Shown: positions 51,901 to 63,757, counted from the first letter of the whole stretch. The stretch: DNA of 63,866 bases, filler included, from Reclinomonas americana ATCC 50394 (GCA_048213135.1; 10 parts of 10 records of this genome joined end to end with filler, not necessarily neighbours in it); one strand, 5' to 3'. Program-made: numbers and translations. Notes: generated by a model from the letters alone, not told the origin.

Positions 51901-53762
51901 TCAATCTGTTCCATATTGAACGGTGCAATGTGTCGCTCCATCAGCTGCTGCATGCACAACTGTCCTCGTACATCCACTGGTGCAAAGTACCGTCGATACT
52001 GCGTCACGCCACCCAGTGCCGTCAGTGCGTAATCGCCTCGACAGGTTATAATCACCTTCACATCGCGACACACGTCCAACTGATTCTTGACAAACAGATT
52101 CACACCACGGTACAACTCATCGTACCCGTCAAGCAGCAACAGCAGTGGTTCCTCCCTCAATCGTCGCACATCCGACTCGCTGAATCCAAACTCGGGTGAC
52201 AGTCGCTCCAATGCCTCCTCCAACAATCGCTCATCGGCATTGCGCAGAGCACCAAGCGGCACACGCACAGGCACTCGTCTGCTTTCTCTCGTCTGCCACT
52301 GGCACCATGCTCGCTCGGCCAGCACCGACATGGTGGTGGTTTTACCGGCGCCACTGTTGCCGAACAGCACCAGCACACGCTGCGCGGTGTTGGCGTCCGA
52401 GCGGAAAACATCCACCTCCGTCAACAGATCGGTAATCTTGTCACTCGAAGAGACGTCACGCTCACGTGAACACAGCAGTGGTACATACATCTGCATGTCC
52501 TTGCGCACACTCTCGTCGTGCTGGTAGAACGATAGCTCACGCACAGCCAGTCGATGTAGTCGCTCCTCGAATGTGTCCACAATGTGTCGAGCGTGTCGTG
52601 CCTCGCTGATACGAGCAGAATATCGAGCACGCTCGTCCACCGTCAACTGCAGTCGAGAGAGGATGGAGAGGAAGACACCACCATCACCAAGGTACCGCTG
52701 TACAGTGCCATCAGAATGCACAAATGACCCGTGCGCCAATCCCTTTCTCACATCGTTCAGCTCCCCGACAGCTTTCCGTTCATCAGCATCGTCAATCAGC
52801 AGCAGCTTGCGACCGTCACCCTCAACAAAGCCACCAAACAGCATGATGGAAGAAAGTGCCGTTGTGTCGAAACCGTCACACGGAGGGTCGAAAGATGGGT
52901 CGGCATCGAACGCAGCACGCCAGGCCAACGCCACCGGCTGCTTCTCCTCGAACAACTTGACTCGTCCAGGATGCAGTGGAGCATGTCGCTCACGCCACGC
53001 CTTCACTGCCTTCGCATCCATGCCAGCCGGCGTGAAACTCGGCACCCACGCCCGCACATCAAAGTCGGAATGATCGCGACTGAACTGCGCCAGTGCGCAT
53101 CGACAGCGCAGACGCACGGCTTCCTCCACTATCTCGAAGGTCATGTTAATGCGCTGCGAGTTGATCAGGCTGCGCGTACACACAAACACAATCAGCACAG
53201 ACTCATTCCGATTGAAGAATAGGAAAGGAGAGAGAAAAGGTGACAAAGGCAAGCAAACAAACCGAGTCATTCGCTCCGAGTTGCTGTGTGAAGACATGAG
53301 AGTGAGATGCATGCTCTACAGAGAGATGAATCAAACACACAAACACACACACCTTGCATCCGCACTACCACTCCCTCCAGTCGACAGCAGCGCCAAGCCA
53401 TGCGTCACACGGACGACGAGGTGTGTGGATGAGTTGATGCCGATTGACTTGAGCTTCAAAATGCTTGCATCCTCCAAGTCATACGGCACTGGCTTCTCAA
53501 CTCCCACAATCTCCATCTCCCCATCTCCACTCTTCTTACGCAGCAATCGTGTGGCCTCGCGCAGCAAGTCCGCGAAAGTGGACATGCCCGACATGCCCTC
53601 CACCACCACCGACAGCGATGAATCATGCGCCGCACTAACATTCACAGAGAACTGTTCGCAGACAAGAAGCAGTGAGCGACAAGCAATGAGAGAGAGAGGG
53701 AGGGGGGGGGAAGCAAGCGAACAACAAGCGTCCCCCACTCTATCAATACAACTCACCGACAT
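48978..53762 (-). CDS. NLR-like STAND protein, copy 1: Ubl-like - HEPN - NACHT - pentapeptide - WD40 (14 full + 1 partial repeat)
   Basis: Exons 53757-53762, 53353-53651, 53263-53283 and 48978-53169 splice in frame. Walker A GNSGAGKTT, Walker B LLLLDGYDE, VRKGLAH, pentapeptides (GRDLSGVRVRGADLRDA) and 42-aa WD repeats. Confidence 0.9.
49080..50900 (-). repeat. 126-nt WD40-coding tandem array, copy 1
   Basis: Near-identical units GHTxxVxAVAVTPDGQHIVSGSxDxTVRVWSVASGEEVRRLE. Confidence 0.95.
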
Positions 53763-54080
53763 CTTCTCGTCGCAGTTCTTTGTTTCTTTTCTCGATCGTC
53801 AGCAGGATGCACCTTGTTGCACACACGTCTCACACACAGTTGGCTTGTTCTCGTGGCGGTGTACGTTGTGCTGTGCGTGTGCGTGAGATCAATGTCATGC
53901 GGGACATCCGACGTATCTTTCTTTCTGCAGCACGCCCGTGTTTGATGGCCACCTGCTGTGACACGTGCCATGGATGAGTGAGGAAGGGAGTGCGGGGTGT
54001 GAGCGAAAGAGGGACGCGGGAGGCTAAGGACGCATGTTCGACTCGTTGTTGCATGAAGGTGTGTGTGTGTGTTTGTGCGG

Positions 54081-54125
<45 letters not shown>

Positions 54126-54979
54126 AGAGAGAGAGAGAGCGAGNNNNNNNNNNNNNNNNNNNNNNNNNNNNNNNNNNNNNNNNNNNNTTAATTAATTAAN
54201 NNNNNNNNNNNNNNNNNNNNNNNNNNNNNNNNNNNNNNNNNNNTTCTTCGAGAGTGTGCATTGATCGCAGAAATGATTCCTTCTCTCTCCTCCCTCTCTC
54301 TCTCTCGCCTCTCTTCTTTTTCCTCTGAGTGAACATTGTTGCGCGTGTACATATGTGTGTGCTTCTCGTTGATCTGCCTATGTGTGCGCGCGCTGCATTC
54401 TGGATGTGAGTGATTTCTGCGTCACATTCTCGCGCTCTCTGCTCTCTCCTCTCTCTTTTCACCCTCGAGCTCCTCTGAGTGAGGATCGTCTCTCACACGC
54501 ATGTATGCGTGTCATTGATTTGTGTGAGTGTACCACATGTGTGACGTGATTGATCAACACCCTCTCTTCTCTTCTCTTCTTTCGCTCTCTTTTCTTCCTT
54601 GTTAGAGTGCTCATCATCTCGCGTGTGCGTACTTGTCTGTGTACCTTGTGCGAATCGCATCCGTGGTGTGAATCACTCACATCGCCCTATTCTTCTTACT
54701 CCCCTCACCTCCCGTGGTTCGTGCGTACTTGCTGCTTATCCTCCTCGCATCCATTCTCATTCACTCACATTATCCTCTCATCCTGCTCTTTCCGCATACT
54801 TGTGCCTCTCTCTCCTTTTTGCCTGTCCTCTTACATTGTTTTCACACTGTATCCATGTCTTCATTTCCCGTGTGTGCCTCTCTGTCCTGATCCTACTCTC
54901 TCTCCTCCCACCCACACACACATCATTTGTTCATCGTCCCTCTCCACTCTCCTCTATCTCTCTCTCCTTCTCTCTCTCG

Positions 54980-55450
54980 TACTCGCCCCTTCTTCCTCCC
55001 TCCCTTCGTCTTGCATCTCCGTCTCTGATCACCATTGTGCCACACATGCTTGTCGCGCTGAGCAGCTCTCTGGCAGGCTTGTTCTTACAGGGGTCCCTCT
55101 CTCTCACTCCGTTCTCCGTCTCTTTTCACCTCATTTGTGACTCTACCTGAACACGCACACGTGCTTCTCCTTCTCCACCCTCTCCTCTCTCGCTCTCTCT
55201 CTCTCCCTCTCCACTGTCACCCTCCATCCATTTGCATCCCTTTCTGCGTACTCGCCCCTTCTGCCTTCCCTCCCTTCGTCTTGCATCTCCGTCTCTGCGA
55301 ATCACCATTGCCACACACATGCTTGTCACGCTGAGCAGCTCTCTGTCGGGCTCACTCACACTCCTCTCTCCGTCTCTTTTCACCTCATTTGTGATATTGC
55401 CTGAACACGCACACGTGCTTCTCCTTCTCCACCCTCTCCTCTCTCGCTCT
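54980..55450. repeat. Local imperfect duplication in a TC-rich non-coding contig
   Basis: cttcgtcttgcatctccgtctctg...caccattg.cacacatgcttgtc.cgctgagcagctctct and cctgaacacgcacacgtgcttctccttctccaccctctcctctctcgctct each occur twice. Confidence 0.7.
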
Positions 55451-55675
55451 CCACACTCCTTCTTCCTCATCTTTTTTTCTTTCCTCCGTCATTTTCGAGT
55501 GCTTGCTGTCGCGTGTATGCATGTGTACGTGCCGTTGATTCGTCTCTTTCTGTTACGCCTTTATNNNNNNNNNNNNNNNNNNNNNNNNNNNNNNNNNNNN
55601 NNNNNNNNTTAATTAATTAANNNNNNNNNNNNNNNNNNNNNNNNNNNNNNNNNNNNNNNNNNNNTTTCTTCTTCT

Positions 55676-55716
<41 letters not shown>

Positions 55717-55735
55717 TCTCTCCTCTTCTCTCTCG

Positions 55736-55779
<44 letters not shown>

Positions 55780-56944
55780 GGTCATGCAACGCCGGTTGCA
55801 GTTTGAGCATGACCACGCTTGCAATATGCTCGATCATGCCACCATGTGACTGGTGTACTTGACCGATCGCATGGCACGGCCGCCTGCATGTGTTGTCACA
55901 TGCGCACCATTCAGTTGAGCACCGGCGTCTCGGAACTGTCGCAGCTCGCATGAACACGCGTCATCGTGACAGTGGCTTGTCTGTGAATGTTATCTGAGTG
56001 TGATTCTGTGTCTGTCACTCGTTGTGTTCCTGCGTTTTGAGTCTCCTTTGCCTCTCATTGTGGAGGATACATGAAATGGATGAGTAAACAGACTGCACAT
56101 TTATGTGGCGCAGTCGTTGAATCCCGCAGACATTCAATGCCGCTTCTATTCCTTGCGTTCGAGATCATGCATCAACGACAGAGGCTCACAATACACTACT
56201 CACAGTTTCATCTCGCGCAAAGAACAACGGCGCGGCACAGCAAGTCAAACGACATCCGCGCCGCGAAATCATAACGCGCGATTCCCATCAGCCACTGCAC
56301 GCACACTCGTCAGGATCCGGTGACAACTCTTGTATCATCTCCTCCCAGTACATTATAATTACGACGCGGCTGTCTGAAGAACGCGTTCCCATCAAATGCA
56401 TACATGATATACAGATGTCGCAACGCAGCAGAATGAATGCGTAGTGATGAAGATAGTTTGCTTGGCAACAACGACCTCTGTAACATTCGCCAAGGCCCTA
56501 TTTTCTTGTCATGTCCGAAAACACATATATGGGCCCCTGGTGACCGGGTGACGGGTTGAGCGACGGAGCAAGGGTCAAGGGTAACGGGGTAGAGAACAAC
56601 TAGAGAGTCACACTACAAGGGTATCAAAAGATAAGGGTGGGGGGGGGGGGGGGGCGGTAACACCTCCGTGGTGTCGAGGGGGAGCTGGATCAATGGTCAC
56701 CTTCCTCGGCGACAGATGCAGGTAGAGGCGACAGCAAACAGGCTGCGTCGTACATCGTCAGATCGCTGAGGCTTCTTCTAACAGAGAACGTGGGCAACGA
56801 GTGGATTACCTCGTGATGGTCAATCAACACACACTGCATACAACTTGAGGGCAAAGGTTACAAGCGTGTTCACATCCCATGAGACCAAATTGCAAACAAG
56901 CTGGTTTACATTCGAGGGCTTATGCACGCTCGCAGTTGCGCTCA

Positions 56945-59900
56945 TCACCGAACGACATCGGTGAAATCAGGCAGAAAGGAGCCAAGGATGCGCTCGAGCA
57001 GTCCTTCACGAGGGCGCACAGGTAGAATATCCTTCACACGTGGAATAATGTGCTGGTCGTAGGGTGTCACTGCCACTGCAGACACCCCACTCGTGTGGCC
57101 AAATAGTCGGCGCACCTCCTCACCACTTGCCAGCGACCACACCCGCACAGTCTTGTCCTGACTGCCACTCACAATTTGCTGGCCATCGGGTGTCACTGCC
57201 ACTGCACGCACTTCTCCCGTATGACCTTCCAGTCGGCGCACCTCCTCACCACTTGCCACCGACCACACACGTACAGTCATGTCATGACTGCCACTCACAA
57301 TGTGCTGGCCATTGGGTGTCACTGCCAATGCACACACCCAATTCGTGTGGCCTTCCAGTCGGTGCACCTCCTCGCCAGTTACCGCCGACCACACCCGTAC
57401 AGTCTTGTCCGCACTGCCACTTACAATGTGCTGGCCATCGGGTGTCACTGCCACAGCACGCACCACACTCGTGTGACCTTCCAGTCGGCGCACCTCCTCG
57501 CCACTTGCAAGTGACCACACCCGTGCAGTCTTGTCCCGACTGCCACTCACTATGTGCTGGCCATCGGGTGTCACTGCCACTGCACGCACCTCTTTCGTGT
57601 GGCCTACAAGTCGACGCACCTCTTCGCCACTTGCCACCAACCACACCCGTACAGTCTTGTCACGACTGCCACTCACAATGTGCTGGCCATCGGGTGTCAC
57701 TGTCACTGCAGTCGCCACCCATGTGTGGCCCTTCAGTCGGCGCACCTCCTCACCACTTGCCACCGACCACACCCGTATGTTATTGTCCCGACTGCCACTC
57801 ACAATGTGCTGGCCATCGGGTGTCACTGCCACCGTCATTACCCTATCCGCGTGACCTTCCAGTCGGCGCACCTCCCCGCCACTTGCCAGTGACCACACCC
57901 GTGCAGTCTTGTCTGCACTGCCACTCACGATGTGCTGGCCATCGGGTGTCACCGCCACTGCACGCACCGCATCCGTATGGCCTTCCAGTCGGCGCATCTC
58001 CTCGCCAATTGCCACAGACCACACCCGTACAGTCTTATCCTGACTGCCACTCACAATGTGCTGGCCATCGAATGTCACTGCCACTGCAGATACCCCACTC
58101 GTGTGACCCACCAGTCGGCGCACCTCTTCGCAGCTTGCCAGTGACCACACTCGAAGAGTATTGTCGTAACTTCCACTCACAATGAGTTGACCATCGGGTG
58201 TCACTGCAACTGCACACACCTCTCTCGTATGGCCAACCATTGGCTTTCTGGGCCACTTCACTCCCGCCACATCAGCTCCTCTGAACTCCGCCTCTCTCGC
58301 ATACACCATGCACAAATTCACTCCTCTCAAATCCGCCCCCCTCCACACCGTCCTGTGCATCACCGCATCCCTCAAATCCGCACCCCTCACTCGCACACGC
58401 GACAGATCTCGCCCACTGAACGACACTTGCGCCACACATAACACCGTTGCTGCATTCGCGGCTGCCGTCACCACTCGCTCCTCATCCACCTCCCGAGAGA
58501 TCTCAATCACCTCCCACAATCTCGCTTGCAATCGAGGAGACCGTCGCACCACCTCGGCCATCTGCTCCACCAACGATGGTCTGTCGTTCAGCAATCGCAC
58601 CGCCAGCACATGCTGTTGCACATCTTCCGTCGTCATCCTTCTCTCCTCATCCCACGTCTCCCAGGCAAACACATGCCGTGCCACACAGTGCTCCAGCACC
58701 GACAGATGCACGAAACCCCACTGCGTCGTCCCATACCGTCGAACAATCGGACAGCACACTCGCACATGCTGGTTCTTGTGCCCGAGGAACTTGTCAAATG
58801 GTCCCTCTTCCACTCGTCGACGCATGGCGAGTGGCGCACCACCAAACTCGGCAATGTCCTCCTCAAATGCACGTTCCTCTGACACCGCTCGCACTACATT
58901 CCTCTCGTACATCAACCGTGCCAGTCCCTCACAGAACGAGAGACACGTTTCCTCACTCGGCACACGCTCCACACCGACACGCGTCTGTCTCTCCTGCTCC
59001 CTCACAATCCACTGTCGAATGAATCGGTCAAACACATCACACCGAGTCGGTCGTTGCACACCACTCGCCACCAACTGCGGCAGCACGCGAGCCACCACCG
59101 CCAGCAGGAACGGATTCGACACTAGTGCATCCAGTCCATGCACACTCTTCAATGCACGAATGTACTCCTCGGCAGTTGACCATCGCACTCCGCCGTCGTA
59201 ATCATCATCACAATCCACTTGCACCACTCGCTCAAAGTACTCTTCAATCTGCTCGTTGTTGAACGGTGTAATGTGTCGCTCCACGAGATGCTGCATGCAC
59301 AACTGTCCTCGCGCATCCACCGGTGCAAAGTACCGTCGATACTGTGTCACACCACCAAGTGCCGTCAGTGCGTAATCCTCCCGACAGGTGATAATCACCT
59401 TCACATCGCGGCACACATCCAGCTGGTTCTTGACAAACAAATTCACACCACGGTACAACTCATCGTACCCGTCAAGCAGCAACAACAGTGGCTCCTCTTT
59501 CAACCGACGCACGTCAGACTCCAATCCCAACTCGGGCGACAGTCGCTCCAGTGCCTCCTCCAACAGTCGCTCATCGGCATTGCGGAGAGCACCAAGAGGC
59601 ACACGCACAGGCACTCGTCTGCTCTCTCCAGTCTGCCACTGTCGCCATGCTCGCTCTGCCAGTACCGACATGGTGGTGGTCTTGCCTGCTCCACTGTTGC
59701 CAAACAGCATCAGCACACGCTGGGTGGTGTTGGCGTCGGAGAGGAAAGCATCCACCTCCGTCAACAGATCCGCCATCTTGTCTCTCGCGGAGACATCGCG
59801 CTCACGTGAGCACAGCAGTGGCACATACATCTGCATGTCCTTGCGCACACTCTCGTCGTGCTGGTAGAACGAGAGCTCACGCACCGCCAGTCGATGCAGT

Positions 59901-61097
59901 CGTTCCTCGAATGTGTCCACAATATGTCGAGCGTGACGTGCCTCACAGATGCGAGCGAAGAATCGAGCACGCTCGTCGGCCGTCAGCTGCAGTCGTGAGA
60001 GAATGGAGAGGAAAACACCGCCGTCACCAAGGTACAGCTGCACAGTGGCATCGGTCAGCACGAGGTCCTTGTGCGCCAACCCCTTTCTCACATCATTCAG
60101 CTCCTCCACCGCCTTCCGTTCATCAGCATCGTCAACCAGCAGAAGCTTGCGACCGTCGTCCAGAACAAAGCCACCATACAGCATAATGGAGGCAAGTGCC
60201 GTCGTGTCGAAACCGTCACAAGAAGGATCGGACGACGGGTCGGCGTCGAATGACGCACGCCAGGTTAACAAGTGCGGCTGAGCCTCCTTGAATATTCTAA
60301 CCTGCCATCCCTTGATTGGCGCATGTCGCTCACGCCACGGTTTCATGACAACGGGTTGCATTTGTGGAGACCACAGGTCCACTGCCCACGCTCGCACATC
60401 AAAGTCGGCATGATCGCGACTGAACTTCGCCAGTGCGCGTTGGCAGCGCAGACGCACGGCCTCCTCCACCACCTCAAAGGCCATGTTGATGCGCTGCGAG
60501 TTTATCATGCTGTATGTGCACACAAACGCAGTCAGCACACACTCGCGGCGAGAAAAGATCACAGAAGAGGAGGGAGGAAGATGACGAAAGTAAGCAATAC
60601 AAACCGAGTCATGCGCTCCGAGTTGCTATGCGGGGACACGAGAGTGAGCAACAAGTTCTGCACAGAGGATGACTCACTAAAACACACACCTTCCACTCTC
60701 ACTCCCACTCCCTCCACTCGACTGCAGCGCCACACCAAGCGTCACACGGACGACGAGATGAGTGGATGCGTAAATGTTGATGCCGAGTCCAGCAAGCGGC
60801 ACGCCAGAAGCAAGATTGATGTCGAAAGGCAGTGGCTTCTCCACCCCCACAATCTCCATCCCCGCATCTCCGCTCTTCTCACGCAGCAAGCGTGTGGCCT
60901 CGCGCAGCAAGTCCGCCAGAGTGGACATGGCCGACATGCCCTCCACCACCACCGACAGCGACGAATCATGCGCCGCACTCACATTCACAGAAAACTGTTA
61001 CACACACAACAGTCAGCGATAAGCAATGAGAGAGAAGACAGAGGGAAGCAAGCGAACAACAAGCGTCCCCCATTCAATCAATACAACTCACCGACAT
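56945..61097 (-). CDS. NLR-like STAND protein, copy 2: Ubl-like - HEPN - NACHT - pentapeptide - WD40 (9 full + 1 partial repeat)
   Basis: Same four-exon structure as copy 1 (microexon 60605-60625; last exon 56945-60509). Same Walker A and B motifs and VRKGLAH. Confidence 0.9.
57055..58240 (-). repeat. 126-nt WD40-coding tandem array, copy 2
   Basis: Same 42-aa unit as copy 1, with different residues at the variable positions. Confidence 0.95.
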
Positions 61098-61417
61098 CTT
61101 CTCGTCGCAGTTCTTTGTTTCTTTTCTCGCTCTTCAGCACGATGTGCCTCGTTGCACACACGTCACACACACAGTCGGCTTGTTCTCGTGGCGGTGTACG
61201 TTGGTGGATCTTGCTGTGTGCTATGCTATGCTATGCGTGTGAGGTCGTCAATGTCACGCAGGACAGCCGACGTATCTATCTTTCTGCAGCACGCCCGTGT
61301 TTTGATGGTCACCTGCTGTGCCGCATGTCATGAATGAGTGAGGCAGAGAGTGTGGGGTGTGAGAGAATGCGCGAGCGAGGGAGAGAGGGACTCGAGTTCG
61401 ATTCGTTGTTGCATGAA

Positions 61418-61450
<33 letters not shown>

Positions 61451-61451
61451 G

Positions 61452-61495
<44 letters not shown>

Positions 61496-61643
61496 GCGAG
61501 AGAGCGAGAGAGAGAGAGAGAGAGTACTCTCGTGAGTGTGTGGNNNNNNNNNNNNNNNNNNNNNNNNNNNNNNNNNNNNNNNNNNNNTTAATTAATTAAN
61601 NNNNNNNNNNNNNNNNNNNNNNNNNNNNNNNNNNNNNNNNNNN

Positions 61644-62765
61644 GCGCCTGGCCATCGCCAACAACCATGACAACAGGCCAGTTATTACACACCTCACCGC
61701 TGACGGGGCTGTGGCCTCCATGTTGGACTGTGCCATGGGCAATGTAGATCACGGTAATCACCTGGTGATTCTCACGCACGCCTGTTCGTCGCTGGTCTCA
61801 TTGTGTTCTCTGCGCATGTGTGTGGGTGTGCGTGTGTCGCTACAGGCAAGACGTTCCTGCTGTTCCCGTGCAAGATGTTGCACCCAGAGCGCACCGAATC
61901 GACTCCTTGTCTCAATGCCGATGACCCTTCTGCGGCTGTGCCTCCCGGCGCGCAGGCAGGCGACTGGCGCGTCGTTGGTTCAGACGGGAAGACTGTATTC
62001 GTGAAAAGTGAGTGTGTGTGTATGTGTGTGTGTGTGGAGAGAGAGGCGCATTCAACCAATCACTGGCCTCAATTGATCCTCATCTCTTCTCTTTTCAGGA
62101 CGCCACTTCCACGGGATGGGGACTCCAGAGCGTGTATATCGCGATTGGATGGTCGTTCAAGAGGCGCACAACTCGCGGTTGAAGCGACAAGCGACGATTG
62201 AGCAGCAGCGTGGTATGTTCTGCGTGGAGTGTGACTCTGTCATACATCGTGCATTCATGCACTGCTCTGTGCGCCGCAGAGAGAGACGTACAGGAGAGCG
62301 AGAAGCTACGTAGACGGAAGGTGCCAGCGCCACTACAACAAACGCCCCCTGTGCCGCTGTGCGGCAAGTGCGCCCAACCTCTGGTCGTCAACCACAAGTG
62401 TCGCGGGTACCGACGCTTCGACGAGTCACCCGTGTGGGCTCTGCATGACGGTCAGGCATACGTCACGCTGACGCACCCATTGACGGTGACTAGCACAGTT
62501 GTGGTGCAGCGGCTGCGGGGTGATGCCTTGACGTGCTTTCAATGCGAGAACACTGCTGGCGCTGCGTTTGACGGGGACTGCAATCACGTGGCTGCAGTGG
62601 GGGCAGCCATCACCGGAGAAGGCGGAAGGCAGCTTGCCGTCGGGCTTCCGGTTGATGCGGACAAGTTCCTCAAGTATGTGGAGGCGCAGAAGCCCGTATT
62701 CGCTGCCAAGCAGCAGATCCGTAACAAGCGGCCAGGGTTTAATCACCGGAAGCGCAAGACTGGCA
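61644..62765 (+). CDS. Internal fragment of a Zn-finger protein (CxxC...HxC knuckle and SWIM-like motif)
   Basis: The spliced frame contains LCGKCAQPLVVNHKC and LTCFQCE...DCNHVAAV. Open at both contig ends. Confidence 0.45.
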
Positions 62766-63421
62766 NNNNNNNNNNNNNNNNNNNNNNNNNNNNNNNNNNN
62801 NNNNNNNNNTTAATTAATTAANNNNNNNNNNNNNNNNNNNNNNNNNNNNNNNNNNNNNNNNNNNNCGTGGCAGTGGAAGCTTCGACGCCAGTGGATCCGG
62901 AAGCTTCAACAATACGAATCCGTTTTTGCAATTGCCACAAGTGCACAATCGCCGGCATTCCGTGGCATGCCAACTTTTTTTCTCGTGCACCTGCTCACTT
63001 GAGGCGCCGACTACGATGCAGCTCCGAAAGCGCGGGCCCGCAGTCGGACCCAATATCAATGCACTCCGGATCCGATCGCGATCACAATCGCCGCTTTGCA
63101 TTCGTTTCCCAATCCCATCTTCACATCGCGCAGAGCACTACTCAAATAGCCTGCATGATCACTTCATCGCGATCACCCGAAGAATCCTCTAAGACAAGGT
63201 GGTCACGACAATCCATCGATCGAGCGTGTGCATTGTTTGTCACATTGTGCATCAGTCAGAGAGCGCGCATTCACACTGCCTATCATGGCCTCTGCGTTGC
63301 GTCCTCTTTGCCTCTTTGCCTCTCTGTCTGTGTTTGCGCGCGCGCGAGAGAGTGTGTGTCTGTTGCACACGACATGCCTCACTCACTGTCTCTCTTTTCT
63401 CTCTCTCTCTCTCTCTCTCAG

Positions 63422-63578
63422 CAATGTCAATGGCGTTGTGACGGTGTTTGTTGTTAATTGCTTCATGTTTGTGCTGCTTATGCTGCTCTTCCCGTGCATT
63501 CGGCGGTGTCGGAAACGCGCAATCGCAAAGTGCAATCGAAAGAAGCGTGAGTTGGAGAGGTTGCTCACTCCAGAGGAA
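63422..63578 (+). CDS. Exon encoding a transmembrane helix plus basic tail; possibly an OSCA/TMEM63-like N-terminus
   Basis: Acceptor ...ctctcag, then NVNGVVTVFVVNCFMFVLLMLLFPCIRR...EE, then donor gtaaga. Confidence 0.3.
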
Positions 63579-63713
63579 GGTAAGAGTCGCACACACAGAC
63601 ACAAGACTCACACATAAACACGCACACACACATACACGCACACACTCTTATGCGCTCAATCTCGCCTTCAATCATTCTGTGACGCATTCGCTCACTGACG
63701 CACCTGCTTGTGA

Positions 63714-63757
<44 letters not shown>

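Noticed and set aside
54061..55776. (GT)n/(GA)n tracts as telomeric or functional repeats
   Set aside because: They are ordinary microsatellites, common in introns throughout the window and coinciding with assembly breaks.
49080..58240. CRISPR array or diversity-generating retroelement
   Set aside because: The repeats are in-frame 126-nt coding units with no spacers. There is no cas or reverse transcriptase gene and no template repeat in the window.
20190..62865. Recurrent TTAATTAATTAA palindrome inside N runs
   Set aside because: It is an artificial six-frame-stop contig linker, not biology. ORFs ending in X...LIN are artefacts.
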